A program made the position numbers and the translations under genes. The notes beneath the pieces were generated by a model. That model searched no databases. It was not told the origin of the DNA and saw nothing but the letters and a program-made list of their open reading frames with translations. A DNA stretch of 64,000 bases from the human T2T-CHM13v2.0 reference genome, Homo sapiens: assembly GCF_009914755.1 (NCBI RefSeq), contig NC_060934.1; one strand, given 5' to 3'. This document shows, piece after piece, positions 57,016 to 64,000 of this stretch (within the stretch, counting starts at the first letter, position 1; each line of letters begins with the position of its first letter).

Positions 57016-57649
57016 TCCCTTTCCATTCCTTTCTCTCTCAACTAGAGTGGTATTCATTGGTGTTTCATGTTTCATGAACCACTGAGAAGATTAGAACTGG
57101 AAGAAAACTTACTTGAGAGTTTCTGGTGTGAGCTGCTCAGTTTACAGGTGATAAAGACGAGGCCTAAAGACCAAACTCCTCCTAAAAAAAAATAAGAATT
57201 TGGGCTGTGCAAACTCTCCCCTTCTTTCTTGCCTAAATTGTCACCTTGCTCCTCAGTAGGGTTGGAAATTCTTCACATCCACCAGAAAGAGACTCTGCTT
57301 GAGGCTTCAGCACTGACACTTACGGTTGCACAAGTTGTGCACTGCACAATTAAGGAACTGCATTCACACAAACAATGACGGGAATGGTATCCCAAAATTT
57401 TGAACCACAGATCCTTGGATGTCCTATAAAGAAAGGGACACCCCTTCTTCTCTGAGATGGAGCCAACCAAAGGCATAGCACCTCACACCTGGCTGCTGGT
57501 GTGGAGTTTGTGGAGCTCAAGAGGGTTGACTGGGACCTTGGCCTCAGATAATGAAGTGGAAACTCTGGTTTCTGACAGATCCTCAGCTTGAAAAGGGGGC
57601 CAGATTATAAACACTAAAAGTGATAAGCAGTCACGAAAACTCTATGGGG

Positions 57650-58130
57650 TGCTACGGCACTCTATGACAGGAACGGCCCCAATTTGCTCCCACCTCCTGG
57701 CATCCATGCCTGCAGGTGTTCCCTCCCATGCTGACTCTGGGCTTAGCCTGTGACTTGCTTGGGTTGATAGGACAGTGGACAAACGTGATAGAAGTGGGGA
57801 CTTGAAGAGCGCTTGCAACTCACAACTTGTCCTGTCTTGGTGCTCTTGGACTCTGCAGCCAGCACATCAGCTGGCCCCAGCCAGGCTGCTGGAGGACAAA
57901 GTGCCCTGTGGAAAAGGCCTCCAGCCATCCAGCATCCAAGATAAGGCCCTGACAAGCCAGCCCTCCCCATCTGGCCTCCAGCTGACCATAGACACATGAG
58001 CCAGCCCAGCTGAGATCTGCAGAGCCCAGCCAAGACCAGAATTGCCCAGCCATGCCCAGCCCAAATTGCCAATGTACAAAATGACTAAGTGTTCAGCTGG
58101 TTTGTTACATAGCAAAACAAACTGATGTAG
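57650..58130 (+). mobile_element. MLT1 (I/J-like) MaLR LTR
   Basis: cctgtgacttgctt...cagctgacca...catgagc...gcccagcccaaattgc...tttgttacatagcaa. Confidence 0.75.
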
Positions 58131-58346
58131 GCTTTGCAGGGGAGTCTTGAGATTAATAAAAGAAGAAAGAAAGAAACTATAGGACCCATAATCTACTTGG
58201 ACAGAAAGACTGTGTGCATATGAAGAAACAAATGGATTAAAGCTAACAATCAAATGAGGGCTAAGTACCCAGAGAAGCCCTCATGGAGGAGAAGCCTTAG
58301 TTGTCCTTGAAGGATGCCACTTATTCCCTCCAGCACACATTTATCA

Positions 58347-58613
<267 letters not shown>

Positions 58614-58970
58614 TCACATGTTTATCACATAGTACTGGGCACTATGCCAGGTGCATACCTCAGGTACAACACCTCGCCTGCAGTCTCATGTCCTATGTGA
58701 GGGCGTGGTTGGTATTCACACTTGCAGATATGGTTCTTGCCCAAATTCACACAGAAACAAAGTGGCAGTCCAGAAATTTGAATCCAGACAGTCTCACTCC
58801 ACAACTCAACACCTTTATCACATAGTTTTGCCAAATTCAGGGGTAACTGATGCAATATCCAACATGTATCTTCTATTAGAGCCGTTCTTGAGCCCTGCAT
58901 GTTAGCTCTGAGACACATCCATGTGGAGCAGCCATACAATTCCATACTGAATATTTTATTCTCGCCTCAT

Positions 58971-59301
58971 TCTTTTTCTTTTTCTTTTTCTTTTTTTTTT
59001 TTTTTTTTTTTTTTGAGACAGGGTCTCACTCTGTCACCCAGGCTGGAGTGCTGTGGCACAATTCACAGCTCACTGCAGCCTCAACCTCCCCAGGCTCAGG
59101 CAATCCTCTCACCCTCAGCCTCCTGAGTAGCTGGGACTACAGGTGCACACCACCATGCCCGGCTAATTTTTTTTGTTGTGTTGTTGAGATGGGGTTTCAC
59201 CATGTTGCTCAGGCTGGTCTCAAACTCCTAGGCTCAAGCAGTCTGCCCATCTCAGCCTCCCAAAGTGCTGAGATTACATGTGTGAGCTGCTGCACCTGGC
59301 C
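58971..59301 (-). mobile_element. AluJ
   Basis: Reverse Alu with J diagnostics. Confidence 0.9.
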
Positions 59302-59844
59302 TCATTTCATTTTTTTTTTTTTTAACCGAAGAGAGTAAATGACTGAAGGGACCATTTTCCACATTTATTGTACCAATCTTGGGTGGAGGTAACTTGGTGT
59401 CTAATGATGATGGAGGCCAGTGGAGAAAGAACCTTGCCAACCCTCCACTAATGTTTGTCATCCAGTGGGGTCAGACAGGAAGGAAGTAGATTGTAACAGG
59501 AACACAAGAGGTAAGGCCAAACATTCCAGTGCCTGCCTGTTACCAGGTAGATGAAACCATGAAAAGGGAATAACACCAAGATCTTGCCTTTATAAATCTC
59601 GCAATAACCAACACCATCTTTTCACATGTCTTATGTTTAATCTGGGAATGTCAGTAGATCTGGTTCTAGTTAAATTTATGCTTTGTGGTAATTACAATTT
59701 CACTTGTTTGTACCTATAAATAGAGAGGAATTACTTACTTACAAGATTCTGGGCAGGGATTATTATGATGTTGATAAGACTATGTTAGCATGTGCTTAGA
59801 AATTCTCAAAAATGGAAGACACATATAGACCCTAGATTGAACAG

Positions 59845-60095
59845 TAGTTAATATTTATTGCACAGTTACTGAGCACCAGACACTGTGCTAATTGCTTTCC
59901 ATGCACTATCTCAGTCGATACTCTCAACAAGGCTGTGAAGAAAGGGCTATTAGTTTTTTCCATTTTAAGGATGAGGAAATTGAGACTTATCAGGAATAAC
60001 TAATTTATCTGAGGTCACACAGTTGGTAAGTGAAAGAGACAGAATTTAATCCTGGCAACTTAGCATTGGAGCCCTTGCTTTGAGCCACTTTGCCA
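59845..60095 (-). mobile_element. MIR (donor of the templated copy at 61269-61375)
   Basis: ccattttaaggatgaggaaattgaga...gaggtcacacag. Confidence 0.8.
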
Positions 60096-61112
60096 TTCTG
60101 TCTCAATTTAAACCCATGATATCAAGCTCAAAGGAAATGACTTTTCAGGGATTCAAAATATATGTAACAAACAGAAAGAACAAGATATTAACTCGAAAAC
60201 ATTGTGCAGACCAAAAATATTTATAGACAAACTCAAGATTCCTAGCTTGAGATAGAGCTGTTAATGGAAAGTTAGATATACTAGAAACATAACCCTAAGC
60301 CACCCAGGATAATAAATAGGGGGAATTTAAAATCCAGGCTAGTTAGTATTGAATTTAGCTGCCAAGAACAAAAGAACCCTCGTAGTGACTTAAAGTAGGT
60401 AAGAAATTTATTTCTCTCTTATGTAAATGTAGGCACTTAGGTCTCATTGCTCTTCCCACCTCTACAAGTGTCTTTGATCTGGTTCAAGACAGCTTCTATA
60501 GCTCCAGCCATCATGTCTGCATTCCTGCTAGCAGGAGAGGGGAAAGAAAGAGACAGACACACCCTCTCCGTGAAGGACGCTTCCTGAAAATTGTACACAT
60601 CACTTCCATTTACAGCCCATTGGTCAGGATTTCATCACATGGGCCATACCCATTTGCAAGGGAGGCAGAGATACCTGGTTTTTATTCTTAGAGGTCATAT
60701 ACAGAGCAAAAAGGAGAGATTGAGTAGAGAGAATGGATATTGGTAGCACAATGAGCAGCATGTCACAGAATAATAAGACTTTATAGTCGGGTCACTTCTC
60801 TTCTGTCTTTGACAATCCACCGGTCCCACATCGACACCCATCCCCTCCATTTCAATCATGTTTAACTCCTTGCATTTACCTAAGCACACTGGACCCTACC
60901 CACACTCTGGGCCTTTTCTCTCTGCCTGGTTGAGCTTCTGTGCCTCCTTTGTCTTCTCCAACTTCTTCCCTCCTACCTCTTTGTCAAGCCCCATTCTCCT
61001 TTGGATTGCTCTGATGACCCTCTTCTCCCCTTTCCCCAGCAGCTGTCTCTTCTCTGAGATCCACAGCCTCTGTGCTTCCCCCTTATTTGGCTCTCAATAC
61101 ATCATCACCAGC

Positions 61113-61639
61113 TGCTATGGTCGGAATGAGTCCCCCAAAATTCTTGTGTTGGGAATTTAATCTCCAATGCAACAGTGTTGGAAAGTGGGGCCTTTGTGGA
61201 AGTGTTTAGGTCATGAGGGATCTGCTTTCATGAATGGATTAATGCCACTAAAAAAAAAAAAAAAGCTCAATATTTATTGCACAGTTACTAAGCACCAGAG
61301 CACCAGACACTGTGCTAATTGCTTCCCAGGCACTATATCAGTTGATACTCTCAAAAGGCTGTGAAGAAAGGGCTACTACAGGGAAAACAGAAGGAATACA
61401 TCCTTCTTGTCCTTCTGCCTTCCACCATGTGAGGACATAGTGCTCCTCTCCTCCAAAGGATCCAGCAACAAGATGTCATCTTAAAAACAGAGACTGCACC
61501 CTTACCAGACACCAAACATGCTGTTGCCTTGATCTTGGACTTCTCAGCCTCCAGAACTGTGAGAAGTAGATTTTTTTTCTTTATAAATTACCTAGTCTCA
61601 GGTTTTCTGTTATAGCGGCAAAAAAAATGAACTAAGATA
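61113..61639 (+). mobile_element. MST (C/D-like) MaLR LTR interrupted by a ~107-bp non-LTR insert
   Basis: tgctatggtcggaatg...actaagata; insert at 61269-61375. Confidence 0.85.
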
Positions 61640-62752
61640 CCAATAGTTTGCTCACCAGTCTCCTCCACCAGGCTGCAAGCACCTTTGGGTAGGTCCTGGG
61701 TCTCTATCTCTCCCTCTGCAGCCCCTTCTCAGCTCCTACCTAACACAGGGAGGTGCTCAAAAATTCCTTGATTCTCAAAACTCTTTGCACCACTGTCAGA
61801 AGTCAAGCTGTGATCACTGAGGTCTAGACATGGTTGAGTATGTCTTTCCATATTAAAAAAAAAAAAAAAAAAAAAAGCTGGGAGAATACATTTGCATGAC
61901 TAATACCAAAACTCTAATAAATGAATACACAGAGGGTCTTGCACCCATGTTTTCATCCATTCCATTTCTGTTGTCTCCCAAAGGAACTATTTTTTTCTAC
62001 CTTCCAGTGTTGCTTTATACATATGCAAGCAAATATGAATATATGCATATTTTCCTCTATTTCTGCTTCTTGCTTTTTTTCCACTGAACATATCCTAGCA
62101 ATCTTACTACGTCAGTAAAAAGAGAGTGTTCCAATTCCTTTTTCCAGGGGCGTAGTATGCCGTTATGCACATGCGGCCACTGCTTTTCTTAACTAGTCCT
62201 TTGTCATTACCAACAATGATGCAGATGACATTTCATATGCACGAAAGTGAATCTATAAAATAAACTCCAAAAGTGGGATTTCTGCATGAAAGTGTAAACA
62301 ACTTTGTCATTTTGGTAGCTATTGTGGCATGGCATTCCTAAATTTAAAAAAGAAAAAAAAGAAAAAAGTACTAAATCTGAAGAAAGTTCTTTGGTGAGCA
62401 TTGGAAAAACAATTTTCTCTAAGGAAATAGACCATGAAGATAGGGAAAATTACCTCATTGTCACTGGGATATTTTCTCACATCCACAGTAGATTTAGGGT
62501 GGGTACCAGGTGTGAGAAATCACTCTGACTTTGCTCCTTTCTACAAACATAGGGCATCTCAACCCAGTGATTTCCATGGCATTTATAAAAAGGCCATTTC
62601 TGCCCGGGGTTTGTGCCACTACAAAGCTTGTAATGGATCTAGAGACAAAATGACAGGTTTTCCACATTGGGGGCACTTTCCTGGAAGCGTGCAATTCAGC
62701 TTCACGTCCCACTCTGGGAGCTTTGGAAACATTGCAACGTATCAAATTGCTG

Positions 62753-62969
62753 GGCCATCTGTGGTTTCCTGTCCACGGGTAGGGAGAGGGGACAGACAGA
62801 AGCTGCCTCTCTGGATCTCAGCAAATGTGCTGGGCTGAGGCCACAGACCAGGGCACTAGGACCCTTCTGTGCCCAACAGATGCCATTTGTGAGCTCAGAG
62901 CTTCTGCCACCTGTCTGAACAGGCACCAAAACTAGCAGCTGAAACATCCTCCATTCCACAAAAGCCAGT
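62753..62969 (+). repeat. Local direct repeat B, copy 1 (~217 bp)
   Basis: Colinear with 63753-63969, roughly 75-80% identical by eye. Confidence 0.9.
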
Positions 62970-63752
62970 GCTTATATATTTAGCAGCTTAGCCATAGTCA
63001 CACAGAAAGTAGAGCTGTGAAGGACTAGAAAGAGCTTAGGAGAGTCAATGCCTCCAACCCGCTGCAAACAAGCCCGAAGCACCATTGTCCCTCTGCATGA
63101 GGCAGTGAGGTCCCTGCAAGTCACGGCTGCTGCAGGAGTGCACACAGGATGGTGAGGTAGTCTGGCCCATGACCCAGGGCCTGGTACAGCAGGGTGAGTA
63201 GTGGGTGACCCTTCCCGTGGACTTGCAGGTGGTTCTGGAGTCAGATGCGTCTTAAGGAGGCAGAACGATTTGGGGCAAAACTGGGAATAGACAAAGTTAT
63301 GAAGATGGCAGCACTTCTTGGCTTCCGGGTCCTTGAGTCCAAATCCTCCTTTGCATGTTTCCCTTTGCTGCATCCCCACGGTCATTGTCACCTGAATTAT
63401 GGCCACAGGCTCCCCGCTGGCCCCACCATTTTCCCGTGCCCTTCCCACGCCATCCTAAACCCAGTGGCTACAGTGATAAACAGTCTCAGTTTAATCTATG
63501 TGGATTCTCTGCTCAAAGCCTGTAACAGTTCCTGTTCCATTCAGAGCGTGATCTGACCTCCCTGGGCCCTCTGGCCTCCTCTGCTGCCACTCTCCCTGGG
63601 CCCTGCACCCCTACCACACCAGCCCTTCGCTGCTCCTCCATTGCCATCAGAGACCCACCTTCAGGGTTTTTGTGCTCCCTGTGCCCCGGCCTGGGACAAC
63701 TCCCAGCCTCCTAATCACACAGCTCTCCTCTTTCAGGTCTTCGTTTCTCCCT

Positions 63753-63969
63753 GGCCATCTGCACTTTCCTGTCCATGGGCTGGAACAGTGACAGACAGAA
63801 GCTGCCTTTCCGGACCTCAGCAAATGTGCTGGGGCAAGGCCATGGACTAGGGCACCAGGATCCTTCTGTGCCCCCAACAGATTCCTTTCATGAGCTCAGT
63901 GTCTCTGCCACCTGTCTGAGCAGCTCCTAAATTAGCAGCTCAAACCTCCTCCACCACACAAAAGCCAGT
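63753..63969 (+). repeat. Local direct repeat B, copy 2
   Basis: See copy 1; offset ~1000. Confidence 0.9.
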
Positions 63970-64000
63970 CTGTGCATCCTGTTCAGACAGTGGCTCTTTC

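Overview
Primate (most likely human, 10p13) genomic DNA covering the promoter and first two exons of FRMD4A on the minus strand. The only supported coding sequence is 45 nt (21135->21091) encoding MAVQLVPDSALGLLM, which I recognise from memory as the FRMD4A N-terminus. It lies in a 126-nt exon (21216->21091) with canonical splice sites, preceded by a non-coding exon 1 (~21958->21631). Bases 1-21090 are the start of the long following intron; bases above ~22000 are upstream sequence. The rest is mostly interspersed repeat: about 20 Alus, MaLR/ERVL/ERV1 LTRs, old L1/L2/MIR, and DNA-transposon remnants. The other ORF-track entries look spurious. I found no new multi-gene system. Best leads: (1) a CAG|GTGAGG junction 3.8 kb into the long intron that is either a recursive splice site or a short poly(A)-terminated last exon giving a 30-aa peptide; (2) a 5' leader with up to eight upstream AUGs and an alternative donor; (3) a G4-prone purine tract at the TSS; (4) three independent ~100-220 bp local duplications at 55-64 kb, one a templated insertion inside an LTR. 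Repeat subfamily names are by eye and boundaries are approximate unless a TSD is quoted.
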